Part shown: piece after piece, positions 11,984 to 25,085 of the stretch
Layout of the letters: every line of letters begins with the position of its first letter
Numbering within the stretch: the stretch's first letter is position 1
Assembly: GCA_040954595.2 (NCBI GenBank)
Contig: CM082595.2
Span: 2,234,635-2,298,634, forward strand
DNA length: 64,000 nucleotides
Source: Balanoglossus misakiensis
Lineage: Eukaryota > Animalia > Hemichordata
Direction of reading: 5' to 3'
Notes under the pieces: model-generated
Database searches by the model: none
The model's input: only the letters and a program-made list of their open reading frames with translations
What the model was told of the DNA's origin: nothing
Program-made: the position numbers and the translations under genes

Positions 11984-12277
11984 TATACCATTTTCTGAAC
12001 TCCCTGAGATCCTGCGAGATCTCGCGTGTCTAGGCAGTTTATATGGGAGGGTACATTCTCATTTGACACAGGACACGATTCCAGAAACTGGAGGTATTGT
12101 GAAACTCTCCTTTTTAAAGGCAATTGTTGTTTTTTTATTGTACATATCAACTAAGTCTTTCATATGTTTACCTCCCAATATCACTGCACATTGAAACAAG
12201 ATGGCCGAATGAAGTCTTTTGACGTCACTTCCGGTGCTGCGATCGTGGGTCCGTACAGAGACAAGATAAAAGGTATA
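11984..12277 (+). mobile_element. Probably full-length copy of the AATAGACC/GAGATCTCGCG repeat family, with short imperfect TIRs
   Basis: Left end TATACCATTTT versus right end AAAAGGTATA. The 5' ~80 bp match the copies at 6584 and 27182. Confidence 0.6.
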
Positions 12278-13630
12278 GCTTTAGTCCATAGTTTAGACAA
12301 TTTCTCACTCTCAGCAGTGAAGTCTTTCAGCAGTGACCTTCGCCCCCAGTTTACCTACGCATCTTGTTTTCCCAAGTGCCTCTAGCACATAGTAATTGCG
12401 TCAATTTTTCAACAAAGAAACGCGCACTGTTTTTTTTTCTTTGAACAAAAAAACAACAACCAGAGCTGTCTCATCCGCTACATTTCCGTTACTCTATTAT
12501 TTATTGTGTATGGTCATTCACAAAACCAACATCTTTTATCGTCCTCTGCTTGATCCGTCGCTGCGTTCATTAAACTCCCTGGATTCGCCGAATCGATACA
12601 AGACTTGCTGCAATTAGATTTATTTCAGCCTTTTGACCATTGTCTCTCATCCTTTTGACTGGAAATCTGCACATGTTCCTATGCGGAAAAAAAATTGCAA
12701 AGCCGGTCACGGTGGACTTTGACTAAATCAACTAACGCTACTTTCAATCTGTTACTTAGCAACCAAATTGTTGGCCATAAGCATTTCAACATAGTGGATG
12801 GAAAATCCGTCCGCATCAGCAGTGACTTCATTAAAAAGTGAGCGTTTCTCTATCTCTGGCATACATGTATGTCAAGTGTAAAAAAGTATGCCTCGTTCTT
12901 CACATCAATGTTCAATTATTGCCAAGCTTCTTAGCAGCTGCGGCACAAGACGACGACACAGACTGAAAGCGAGAAATACAATCACCTCTTTATCCTTGTG
13001 TCAGAAATCGCCCATTACATTGGTAGCATTTGCGCTAGTGTAAAGCGAAATTACAGGCGAATATTTGACAGGAAACATGTCGTGTGGTGATATGCCATTT
13101 AGTCGTCGTGTTTCTCTGTGAATCAAGTTTGGATGTCGTCGCGTCTGCGTCTGCGTGTATGGGTCCCATATGAGACACAGTGGCATTTTGAACAAATGTG
13201 AATGTACACACTTGAAAGGAATACAATATTTTAATTTGTAAAATTGTTCGGCTATGACGCGGATGACAGAAGGACGTGCGGCATTTCAGCCACACATCAG
13301 TCTATATATTGGTCCTAATATTTTACCTGGAAGCAAAACAGCCACGGATTATATATCTTATGTTTTGTGTCGCGTTTTAAGTCTTCGATACAATTCTTAT
13401 CTTTTGAATAGAAAATGAGTCCGTGTTTTGTAAAAGTTTCCATAGCAACGAGTAAACCTTTGCCGGTGATCTTCCTGTTGATATCATTACGACACCAAAG
13501 GCACCAATTGTTTAATTTACTCCCCTTTCAATAACATGAATAAACCCTCATTAAAATGTCCATAATAGCTGGAAATTACATACTCATTACAGTGTGTATA
13601 AGTACCGTTGAAAAGAGCCGCTGTTTTTAA

Positions 13631-13735
13631 GGGGACATTAGCTTTAACTTTTGGTTTTATTTACAGTATGGTTGTTCTGTGTACCAAATGCAATGTCTTG
13701 TTCTACTCCAAACAGCATTCTAATATACCCAGTAA
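13631..13735 (+). mobile_element. TTAA-flanked Kolobok-like element end (ATTAGCT family)
   Basis: TTAA|GGGGACATTAGCTTTAACTTTTGG...TTCTGTGTACCA...CTTGTTCTACTCCAAA resembles the reverse complement of 30200-30290. Confidence 0.45.
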
Positions 13736-15589
13736 ATTTCAGGTAATATCAAAACTATAATATGTTTGGTTAAGGTTAATGGCATCTCGGGCAATAGCTC
13801 GTAAATTAAGAGTAGGTCCATTAATATTCGTATTCCTCAAGATCTGGGTGACTTTTTACCCTTAAAATGTTGCCATGGCAAAATGAGGATCGTTTTGGAG
13901 AAAATGACAAAGTTCGTTACTATCATCAATCTCATATCTTGCCAGTGGCATCCCGTTGAAAACTTTGAGCTACTGGTACATCACGTGATACGGCCCTGGC
14001 AACATACATTAGTTGTTTGTTTCTGCGTGTATTTGGCAACGTGTCTCACTCACAGCCACGTGCTTCCACCAAAAGGGGAAAGCATGTCCCAGATGGGCAC
14101 ATTACCACAGGAAGTGTCAGTCGCCCTTGTAAGACCCCCCCTCTTCAAATTAGTGTGGTTTTATTGTCATTATCATCTAAAAGGTTAGATAGATCGCGAG
14201 ATTCTCTTCCGCCAATTTTTCTTGGGCAGGAAATAAATCATACCGTATCCCATTAACTAATTGCCTTGTAATTTAGCCTTACTCTGGCGCAAATGTAAAT
14301 CACCAATGTTTTTAACGGACAGTCCTTGATATTAAGTCCTATGATAATATCACCAACTCCGGACGTGATCGTGCACATGGCCTCGCACATGTCTTTCGTT
14401 GAAATGTGTTAAGATTTTCTTTCCAATTACCCAGATGTCGATATCCCTTGGTAATGCATGACAAAACAAATAATTAATTGGGCGTCAGGAGATTTTCAGT
14501 TGTGTATGTGACGTTTTATAATTTAGTCTTGCACAAAGGTGATACTATAAGTAACCTTCAAATCAAAAGCTACGATGCCTTAATAATGAGATAAAGTTTT
14601 GTAAATGCACCTCGTGTCTGAAGCGCCCTCAGTGGCTAGACCAGCACGGGTAAGTGTAACAGCCAATAGTGAAATTGCATAGTAAAACGAACGATATGGA
14701 CATAGATGGCGCAATTTTAAGTATGATCACATTCAGCCTTTTATTCTTATATAGAGGTATACAAGTGTGTAACTGTACTTTACAGGGTTCTAATTAAAAT
14801 AAAAGTTATTGGACTGACTAGTTCTGTACACATTTATAAACCTTCCTAATGCAGAAATTGTCAAATATCTGAAATCTGATAATAAAGTGAAATGCACAAT
14901 GACACATTAATTCGTCAAAAATCTATTGTAATATGCTACCCAGATCTTATTGTGTAAATTAACTTTAAAATTTGAATACATAATGATTTGAATAATCTAA
15001 CTTTCACATGGTTAGAACAATGAGAAAGTTTCCACGAATATACAGCAAGTGTATGTTTTATATCATCGTCTACACATCAGCTAAGTATAAAACACCAAGA
15101 TGTAAAATTGATACAAATTCAGAAAGTTTCATCTCATGAAGTTTATTTGTATTATATATTAGGCATGCTTAAACATTTAAAGTTCCTAGGAATTACAATC
15201 AAATTTGTTTTCTGTGATCAAATAGTGTTAGAATCGGGTGAAAAACATGTAAACCTGTTCTGCTCTAGCGCCAACTATCGTCATAGTTGAAGTTTCGGTT
15301 GTTTAAGGGTCGTCACAGGTGATTGGTTATTCATCATGTTCATTTCACGGAATACAAACAGCGTTTTCATTGGTCTATTTTACGACTGCATGACCTTTTG
15401 ACCTGTACAGCTCAGGGTTATCAAGGGGTTGACTTACATTCGCTAAACGTCGGTTGCCGTCGTGTATTTGATGAAATCGTCAACATTCTCCAGCAAGATC
15501 AACTTATAGCGTGTTTCTGTAGAGGGCGAGGAAGACCATTCTTAGCAAGTCGAGTCTACAGATCGCTGTGAAGGAATTTTATTCCGATT

Positions 15590-16080
15590 TTGTGGGCTCC
15601 GCCATTTTGAGCCAAAAGATCGGTAGTCGAGTGAAATCGACATATTTCTGCCACACGTGTGTATATAATCGCTGAGTTTAAGTGATACGACCATAATTTC
15701 TCTTGACAGCGAAGATCGACTGACTTCTCACTGAAGATCGGTGTTGTAGCGGTCCCGTTTTTATCACAGGACGGCTGAAAGGTTAGTTTTGTGCGAATTC
15801 TGTAGACGTAGTCATGTATGTTTATGTTTCACTAAGATGATAAGACACCGTCGAGTTGATCCGCCAATGTTGACGTGAACTTGAAAGGCGTCCCTCCGTC
15901 TGACAACCTTGATCGTTCAAGATTAAGATATCCACCGTATTATTACATGCACAAATGTACCAAAAACTGTTCGTGTACAACAGTGTCGTAACATATATCG
16001 AAGTTATGCCGTCATCAATGCGCTGCGTACGATCTCTCTTCGGCCGCCCGGAAGTGCGCGCCCAATCTGTATTGGAAATT
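15590..16080. promoter_or_regulatory. CpG-rich, probably bidirectional promoter
   Basis: YY1-type CCGCCATTTT (15599-15608), E-box CACGTG (~15654), ETS CCGGAAGT (16048-16055), CCAAT (16062) and ATTGG (16071). CpG is locally raised, and splice donors point outward on both strands (minus 15438/15437; plus 15781/15782). Confidence 0.6.
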
Positions 16081-16942
16081 ACTCTGTATGGGTGAACATA
16101 TTTCCGATTCTGGTGTCATTCAGGAAGCCAGTGTCATTTCCCGATAGTATCCTTATTCGATAATCTGTCTAAACGGGTCGATGATATGTCAGATGTGTTT
16201 TACACACTCTAGTCCGAGTCGAGGAGCTGGATTATAATGGCTTCTCCCAGGCAAAGTTGTTAGATTAAAATACTGTAGTCTTTATAGCAATCACAGCATA
16301 GTGGCCGGAACAGTTTTGACTACTGTGCGCAGGGAGGGAGTGAAGGGTTTTGCTGCGCTGTGGGAATCCTGAAAATTGAGCTGTGTTTTCTCAAGTTGGC
16401 ATAGTCATCCATGGTGTGGTCCAATCCATTGCTGACTATGGCAAACTTGTACATCTACAGAGAGATGAAGAGGAAAAAGGTTAAGACTTCTTTCTATGAA
16501 TACACCGTATATGTGAATCTAGTATTATATATAATATAGGGTTGCTTGTCTGGGCTCTGACAAAATCATGTAGCCATGTGTGGATTCAGACATGTTTAAT
16601 GATAATAGTGAACAAAAAAACATTTCTCATCATTAAAAATATGTCAAAAGAAAGAACTGCACACGAGCATGGATACCAGACTTGAGATAACCAGCAGAAA
16701 ATTTTGAATTCTCAATAATTGACGCAAATTCCGTGAGCGTTCTTTCTCATCTTGTTTTGTCACATTAAAATGCACTTCTTTTTCTCCAGTGTTTATTTTC
16801 GTTTCTCTCCTCCACTTATAGTCATGACCACAGGGTCAAAGGTCACCCAACCACCCTTGGAATGTTGGGCGGGCTTGCAGTTTTGGCATGTAAATTTATG
16901 TGAAGCACCACACCGAAGACACAAGGTCACTATGATCAGTGC

Positions 16943-17017
16943 CAGCCTAGAATCTAGCTGAGTGTTGCCAAGTGCTGTTCAGACTAAAGCCTGAACACCC
17001 AGCTAGGTTGTAGGCTG
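16943..17017. repeat. 75-bp imperfect hairpin (CTAGCTG family, MITE-like)
   Basis: CAGCCTAGAATCTAGCTGAGTGTT ... AACACCCAGCTAGGTTGTAGGCTG are inverted copies. Confidence 0.7.
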
Positions 17018-18517
17018 AGTTAGACAGAAATCACTGAATGAGATGATATTTATTAAAAGCACAGTACATGTTGACCCCTCTGCATAATTTCAGTAAAAAG
17101 TAAACACGTTCTGTGAAAATTTAAACAAATGTGCAGTCACCTCTGTGTTAATTCCTAAACAAACCAAACAGCCACTGTAATCACATGTCAATGGGTCTGT
17201 AAATTGGTCTGTACTGGTGTGTCAATATTTGTGATGGGAGGCAATACATCACAAGATCCCATCTACAGAAGTTTAGCAATAGCCTTGGGATGATGCTAGA
17301 CTTTGCCAGTGATGTACATGGGTGTTGAAACAAGCCCTGCAAAATGGTCCATCTTATGATTTTAATTACACCCACCTGATTGCTGCACACCTGCCTGAGT
17401 GTCCATAATTCTCCTGGATTTAAGCTTTTGAAATAAATAGTTGGCATGGCGATAGGCATGCTGTGTAAATGTACAATCTAAATCGCAGCATCCAAGTATC
17501 CCATCATTAGTGATCGACCAGGACCTGCAAGAGAATATGAACTCTTTATCAAACATGAATGATTTGAACTATAAATGCTTTCAACAGAGTCATGTATTTC
17601 AAGACTTACAGGGGCAAAGTTGATCATATTTTGTTGTTATTTTGGACATTATGTCTCATACCAGAAGCTATTTATTTTATATTTGCTGCATTCATTGACC
17701 CGTGTCACAGAGTGAAACAGCCAGACCATCTGTCATCGCTCAAGCTTTCTTCAACTCATTTTTTTTGGCATACATGACACGCAAACGACATCCTGACCTG
17801 TAGTGTTTCCATAAAAAAATGTGCATTCATAGGATTTTATGTGTTACTCTACAAACAGGAAGTTGTTTGGTTTGATGACGTCTATCAGACTAGATTTAGC
17901 CGATTTAGCGAAGTCTTCGAAACTATGCTACAGTATGTTTTACATGGTTTAATGTATAATTTTTTAGCTTTTATGTACATGTATGAGTAGAATATTTCTA
18001 TAAGTTCTGAGATCACGTAAACTGCTTGTCTGCTTTCATGAACGGATGCAGGTTATGTACTGACAAAAGAATGGTTTGTGTTCATTGAACAGTAAAGACA
18101 CCTGCCTCTGTGTACAGCTACATTTTACCAGCTACTTTTAGCAATTCACCATGAAATTGAATATTTCTTGCCCACTGTATTTATGGGACCTTGCAGATAT
18201 GTCAGACGAAATACCCTTTTCTTTGGACAAGGACATGTCTGTGGAGACAGCTAGAGTATTGTTTGTTTGCTTGTTGAATTTATCTTACAAGTGGCTTTAG
18301 GATAAATGTCTAGTTGAGTCTTGAGGACAATTCATGACAGTAATTCAAGGAGCAAATACTGACAGGGGAAAAAAGAAAATTGGATTACCGGTTGATTGGG
18401 TGAATATCTTGTCTGTCTTCTGCTTTCCTGAGGAAAATCATCCTCTGTCAATATGGCGCATGTTTTCAAATTATCCAAGTGGCAATGTAGCTGTGTTGAT
18501 CTTCAGACTGTAACCTA

Positions 18518-18857
18518 GGGGTTTGGCAGCATCTTGAGTTCAACTGTAGCATTCAAGTTCAAGTCTTCAGCCAGTGTTTGAGCAGAAAACCAGGCACACA
18601 CATGCACAGATGCAGTAGAACTTCAAATAAAAACTTCTATGGGGATTTTCCAGCCCCCTGAGATCCAGTGAATTTTTCTGTAGCATACAAGTTGGTTTTC
18701 AAGTCTTCAGTGCAGCAGCTTTGCCTGTTGACCAAGACCCAATCCAGGAGCAGGCTGACAGGCACACAGAAAAATACAGCTCAGTAGACTAGGAGTTTTC
18801 CAGCACCCTGAAATCCACTGAAAGTGACTGTAGCATGAGCTTTCAAAGACTGCAGTC
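18518..18857 (+). repeat. Degenerate tandem triplication, units about 125-150 bp
   Basis: Units start near 18518, 18641 and 18791. They share GG..TTT.CAGC..C.TGA, CTGTAGCAT and TTCAA...T.CAG; units 1 and 2 also share CAGGCACACA. Confidence 0.65.
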
Positions 18858-19229
18858 TCCTCCATGAAATGCAAGGCTGGAATGAACAGTTGAAGCAGAA
18901 AACCATTCATAAAATTCGGCGTGAAAAATAACTGTCCAATTGCAAGTGCAGAGACAAACAAAAGGGGGGGGGTGTAGAGTGAGGTGATAATGAATGCAAA
19001 GATGGTCTTCTGGAAATGGGATGTTATATGTAAAATATGACAGAGTTGTGGTCCTGCTGAAGTCTGAAGTTACAGCCCCAGTAACTCTAACTTCTGGATA
19101 TGTTTCAGTATTTTTCTTCAGTGTATCAAACCTATTTGCTGGCCAAAATGATAGTTACCAATAAATCCTAGATTTTTTCTGTTCATATTTACAACCAGTT
19201 GCATGTGCTGGAAGTTGTATTCTTTACAA

Positions 19230-19327
19230 CCCTTTCATCACAATGGTTTGGTCCAAACCTATTGTTTTCTATAGTGAAGTTAGACCTCTCTACATGTACT
19301 GTATACAGGAAAATGGGGATGAAAAGG
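19230..19327 (+). mobile_element. Degenerate copy of the 85-bp piggyBac-like MITE
   Basis: CCCTTTCATCACAATGGTTTGGTCCAAACCTATTGTTTTCTATAG...GGGGATGAAAAGG aligns with the copies at 33596 and 59317. Confidence 0.75.
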
Positions 19328-20351
19328 TTCTGTATGTTTGTATGTGTGTTTTTATTTTACAATTACATGCAAGAAATAAAGTTGCACGATTAAAATGTTC
19401 AAAATTGAATCCTGGGTGTCAGAGGCATTTTGTAGCTCAGTTATACTCTGAACAGTTTATTTTTAGAGTAATACCTAGCATTTAAAAAAATTTAACAATT
19501 AAAAAAAAATTGACTAGAAAAGAGCTGAGGCCTCAAATATAGGTTGTGACTCAGGAACTGTTGTCAAGGCTGATATTTTTAAGAGACTGATCTGGAAATC
19601 TTGCAGAAAATTATTCATGAGATTTTCAAAGTACAGAAGAGGACGTTGGCGCAGGTGTATTCACCACTTGTGTTCCACAACCTCCTTTGAATTTCAATTC
19701 CGATCATTCTGACCTTGAAGTTGAAAATTAGCAAGCTGATCATATCACAGTTGGGCCCGGTAATTGCTAACGCATTTCCCAGGTAGCGATAACACCAAAT
19801 TGTCAATTATTTCGTCGGCACCCGGTAAATTGTAACAAATAATTTGTACCAATCAGAGTGGCTGTTATATATATGCTTGTTTTCACTGCTAACGTCTGTT
19901 TCAAGGTGATGGTTAAGTCAACTGAACAGGTTACATTTCAAACCAGAACCACAGAATCCTTTCGTAAATCGAACCTATTAACCAGAATGCATTGTTCGCG
20001 GTGAACCACTCAACCTGTTTTATCTGGTTTTAATTTTTAATCAGATATATTCAAATCTAATAAACTGTATTGCGATATTCCGTATTCATTAATCTGCGTG
20101 CGAAATTTAATAACTGTCAACATGTATTTAATTTGTTCTCAGACTGAGATTACGTCGGAGGCAATTTTAGGAATGCCTTTCTGGCCGGTCCCAAGAGGTT
20201 GCACGAATTCCGTGTTTCTGAAGAACCCATAATTTAAGCCGTTTAACATTTGTAAGGACTGTTCAACTACAAAGGAAACTAGTGCTATAGGTTGCTCCTC
20301 CTACATGCATATAAACTTAACTCAAATGCATGTATTCTGTTCAAATGTTTC

Positions 20352-20486
20352 TAAGGATTCTGTGCCTTGAAGTCTTCAACTTTTTCTCGTATTTTGCTCG
20401 ATAGGGCATGGGGATCACCATGCAAAATTGTGGATGATAGAACTAAATTGTCTGGAACTTGAAATTCAAAATGACTGCCACCTCTA
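20352..20486 (+). mobile_element. Fragment of the TTAA|GGTAG...CAAAATGGCCGCC Kolobok-like repeat family
   Basis: TATTTTGCTC, GGGGATCACCATGCAAAATT and TTGAAATTCAAAATGACTGCCA match 26400-26590 and the reverse complement of 50720-50870. Confidence 0.65.
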
Positions 20487-21841
20487 ATGAGAGAAATTAA
20501 AGTAGGGATTTGATGGTCAACATCGAAATGACCAGACATTATATTTGCTCAGAATACCTTTTGATGGGAAAATTTCCAGCAGTTTGTCAGTTAAGATCTG
20601 TCACGCTGGCACTGTGCCATGGTTCAGCAGTGCGGTGAAGCCAAGGATGACTTTCATCATATTCATGATTGGTAGATTCTTAGATTTCTGGGAGACCAAA
20701 TAATGTCGAACAATAGTCGATTGTACGATGATGACAAACTGGGATAGGTGTAGTACACCGATCAGTTTATCGTGTAGAAGTTCAAACAGAAGTGTGGTTG
20801 TTTGCAGGTAAGGCTATTAAGAAAACTGCTTGAACATAACAGAAAGGAAGGTAGCTAGAAATTATCAGAGATATGGAGAAGCCCACCACATTTTGTCTCA
20901 TTGTGAAGCAAATTGATGTTATCTGCACTCACGACTTTCATTACCATCGCCAGGACCGTGTTTAATGGAAAATGTCCAATTTCAAGCTGGTAATGTCTAG
21001 TTCCTGTGCATTTGACCCGATTGTGGGTCCACTTTAGAAAAAAAACGAATTAGCTAAATGTATCCACAGTACGGGTTAACTGGATTTAATGGCATCTGTG
21101 CTTTTGTGCCAAAGTATAATGTGTATTCTTGAAACAAAGGCAAATCAATATAGGATCCCGGATCTCATCATTTGCCAAGTGGTGTGTGCAAAATAAAAAC
21201 TACAACCGTTCCTTCATGTAGCGCAGGCAGACAAAGTGAAGCCAAGCTGAAATGTGTAATGAAGTGTTAAAAAGAAGGAAATTTTGCCGTGTTGTCGACA
21301 TCGTTGCTGGTAATGATATCAGAAGCATTTGAAAGGCTAAGTGGTCGAATCCCATTCACTCTCTGATGGCGGACAACTTCAAACCGCGAAGCAGGTCAAA
21401 GTTCGGCTATCAGTTCGCTATTGCTAATGAACAGAGTCAATATTTTCATGTCAGACAGACTTGGAGTTATGGACGGTGATCTGAAAAAGCTTCGAGATTT
21501 GTTCCCATTAAGAGCCCCGTTGACTGACTACCTGCATTTTCATCATAACTGAATTACTTAGGTTAACAAACCTAATCGACTGTGTGCACAGTCCATCAGT
21601 GAATAACTGTCACCAAGTCTGTTTTTTGTGTGTGCGTCCACTCTATCTAATTTATAGGTGGCTTTGTTGTATGCTTACACACTTTGACGTCTACGGCACA
21701 TGTCTGTCGTCTGCTTCAACCAAGACCTTGTGTTTTTCTTGAAAATCCATTGCCAAAATGTTTTGCATCTGATGTCTCTAATCTATCAACCACTATTGTT
21801 TCCTATATCCGTTACTATTGTGTATGTATTTACAGTGTGAT

Positions 21842-21900
21842 AGGGACTGGAAAAATGTGTTTGGTATAGACAGGTTTCCAGATTAGACAGGGTGCAGTTC
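21842..21900 (+). mobile_element. Internal fragment of the CAGT-type MITE family
   Basis: AGGGACTGGAAAAATGTGTTTGGTATAGACAGGTTTCCAGATTAGACAG closely matches 28959-29008. Confidence 0.65.
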
Positions 21901-24900
21901 AGTACATGTATATATTAACAAGATGTGGCAGTGAGGTGCTAAACTGACTAACTCAGGCTGACTGTGGGTTATCCCAGAGCTGGCGTGCTTGTTTAATGAT
22001 TTATTGTGGGAAGTGTTGCTAGGCGATGTCTTACCATCCAGATATGAACTTGAACCAGTACATGCATCTGCTTGGATACTGTTAATGTGGGGAAGTCTGT
22101 ACTTAAGTTGATTTGCTTTGCTAACAATGAATGCCTTTTAAGTTTTATAGAAGTGGTTATGTATATATACATCTCAAGTGGGAGAATCCTGATCCAAGGT
22201 CTTCTAATACAATCATGAACACACACACACCCACGATTTTCTGACAAGTGACATGTATACTGGTACATGTACCGTTCATTGGAGAACTGCAGTATAGTAC
22301 ATCAAGTGTTCGTTTCCATTAGCATACACAACGCTAAAAACAGGTTGACCCAGAGTTAGCTCAAGACTACGACACAGTTATATGCATCGCCATGTCAACA
22401 TGTTTTATTGACATCTGCGCGCATCGCAAATGCATGCTTCACAGCGAAGCAATTACCTGCTCAAAAAAAGGCAATTATATGTGCCAGTCTGAAGTGGATG
22501 TTATACAGGTTTTTTGTGGTCACCTCAGCTCTGTCAGGGGACAGATGGTCCTCGAAAACCAAATAATGACGTGACATGTACAGTTGACGCAAATTCCAAA
22601 CTAAGAAAGAACATTCTAGAGGTAATGCACAGCTGTCTTTCAAACCTTTCCCGTGATTGATCGACTTCTTGGCAAAATGGTTCTGCAAACAAGCACACCC
22701 CAGGTGTACTACTGGTTGAACCAATGATATCTCTATGATGTCCATAAAATTTTCATCAGTTCTGATGAGTACTGAGTTGGCCATAAATAAATGAAAATTA
22801 ACTTCGCAAATTGCAAAATTTGCAATTAAATGTACTACGAAATATTTCTGTTCATAGAGAAAGAAGTATGTAGCTGTATACTGTATTGATATTAAAATTC
22901 ATCAAATAATTGTCCACAATATTATTTTATTATAGTACATGTGTGTTTATGTGTTTTCCCCTCCGGGTAGAATGTTTGAACTACAAATTGAAACTTATTC
23001 CGTGATTCCCTGAGTGACCTATATTTTCCCTGTGAGTATACATGTACAGATATTCGTGGAGCCATTTCCATGTTTGATTTATTCATGTATGGGTTACTGC
23101 AAGCGTTCCACACACCTGAGTGCTTTAACTAAGGCCGATGTATTATGGGTTCACACTGCTGGGCAGCTGCGGCACAGTTGCCGTGGCTGCAACACAGTTG
23201 CCGTGGCTGCGGTCTTATCACCGAGGTCAGAGGGCGCGAGTGAATTACTAGAAATTCAGTCAGTCACAAGGATCTTGTAATCTTCAAGATCTGAAACTGT
23301 TCAGAAGTGGTCCCAAGCTGCTGTTTCTTAGCTTCGTCTCCAGATGGTCGTCTTAATTTGATTTTCAAAATAAGCCAATTTCACCGCCGATCTGAACGGT
23401 GTAACGTGTAAACGATTTGTGACAATTTCGTGCTCGTGTGTAGTAGCTCACCTGTCCACAGACTGTAAGATGTAATTTCTTAGATTGAAAAAATCAATAT
23501 ACAAGCAGTTGATCTTGTGATATTTTGCATACACAGCTGAGCTTTTCTTTGCAATTGAAAGTCCGTTCCTTGTGGGGTGCAAACTCCTACTCTCAATCTT
23601 GATCTGATGGATATTGCAGGTTCTCTGTCCGAGTATCAGGCATGCTGAGTGTAAGGGGCAAGATTTTCTCTTGAGAAACCATCAAGTAAAGTACAGATAC
23701 CTGAAGACAATATGACAATACCAGAATTCATGGGGTTTATTTTAAAATACTCTAGGCTTACGGATCCTACATTATTTCAGTGTATCCACACAATAGCCAA
23801 TACAGAAAAATCATTCTCCGCTCGCAAACTAACGTGTAGTCGCTTGCAGCTCCAGAGAGACAAGATCAAGCCAGTCCATGATTTCTCATGGAAGGCATCA
23901 CATTCCAAATCCTTCTGGGGATAAAATTTATTATTGGCACCAGCCCAATCATGCCTGAACTGGTCAGTGAATAAATCATCTAGGTTCGTTCTCTCATGGC
24001 CTCAGGTACTTTGCTGTTGATTATCTCCACGTACATGCAACTGTATTGGCCGGGGTCGATTAAGCTCCCGGAATATCCTGGAATTTGAAACCGTTCCTGG
24101 ACCGATCATCGTGGAAAAATGAAATTCATACGTAGAAAACGTCTAAAATGCTGTCATACAAATGTCAATGATTGTGAATAAATTTGACAAAATAGTGAAC
24201 AGTCAGTCCTTTAAGAAAGACATTTTTGGCCTCAGAAACTCCTGAAAAGTCTGAAGTTGCAATAATGTATGACACCTTGAAACATGGGCAGCACATGTAC
24301 TGACAAGTCAATATAATTTATGATGTTCGAAGATTTGCTTTTTTGGGTGATAATCTCAGACGTGTAATATTTGTGATAGTGATGCCTAGATTCCAAAGCA
24401 TGATCGCTCAATGAACAATTTGTACCATTGTACATGCGTGTGAGCTTAGTAGCAGCTCTCATCCACGGTATTAACCTTAATCCTCAGCTGAGGGTCTCAT
24501 AACAACGTTTTTATGTCACGCGTTGTTGTCCTTTTGGCAGACGGAGTCATGATCGAACAAAGAGGGATGCTGCCTTGTGCTATTCATAAGCCGTCCGTCA
24601 AATCGGGTTAGATTGAGCTGGTACGACAGAATAAAGGGCAAGACCTGAAATCTGTCTGTGGGAGGACAGACATGACCCGTAGATAACCCGTCAATTCATT
24701 CGCTTTGTTGTCAAGTTGTAACTCTCATTGAACCTAATCCTCGGCACACGTCCGCACGGGTTTGCAAATTGCGATCGACACTGGCAGTCGCACGCACAGA
24801 CCTGTCAAGGAAGATTTGATTCTTAAATTATTTCACGTGCAGTCATCCCATGTGAACAATCTTCATCAAGATTTTTTGTGTATTTGTAGTAAATATTGTA

Positions 24901-25085
24901 TACAGTGATGGAAACATCTGTAATTCATGTGCTGTGTGAACCCTCCTCAGCTATTATTGATGCTTATTTCCTGTCCAGTCTGTTTTCTCGGGAGAGAAAT
25001 GCACTCTTTCAAGATTTCTACGAATCTGTCTTGTACCTGTCGTATTACAGTGTAATGAGGTGCTTTCTGTTTAGCTTCAATGTGA

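Noticed and set aside
21330-21356. tRNA/SINE-like GGTCGAATCCC
   Set aside because: Only a partial B-box match; no A-box at the right spacing and no cloverleaf.
22860-22872. AAAGAAGTATGTA, matching the 3' part of miR-1
   Set aside because: The seed (TGGAATGT) is absent and no hairpin is evident.
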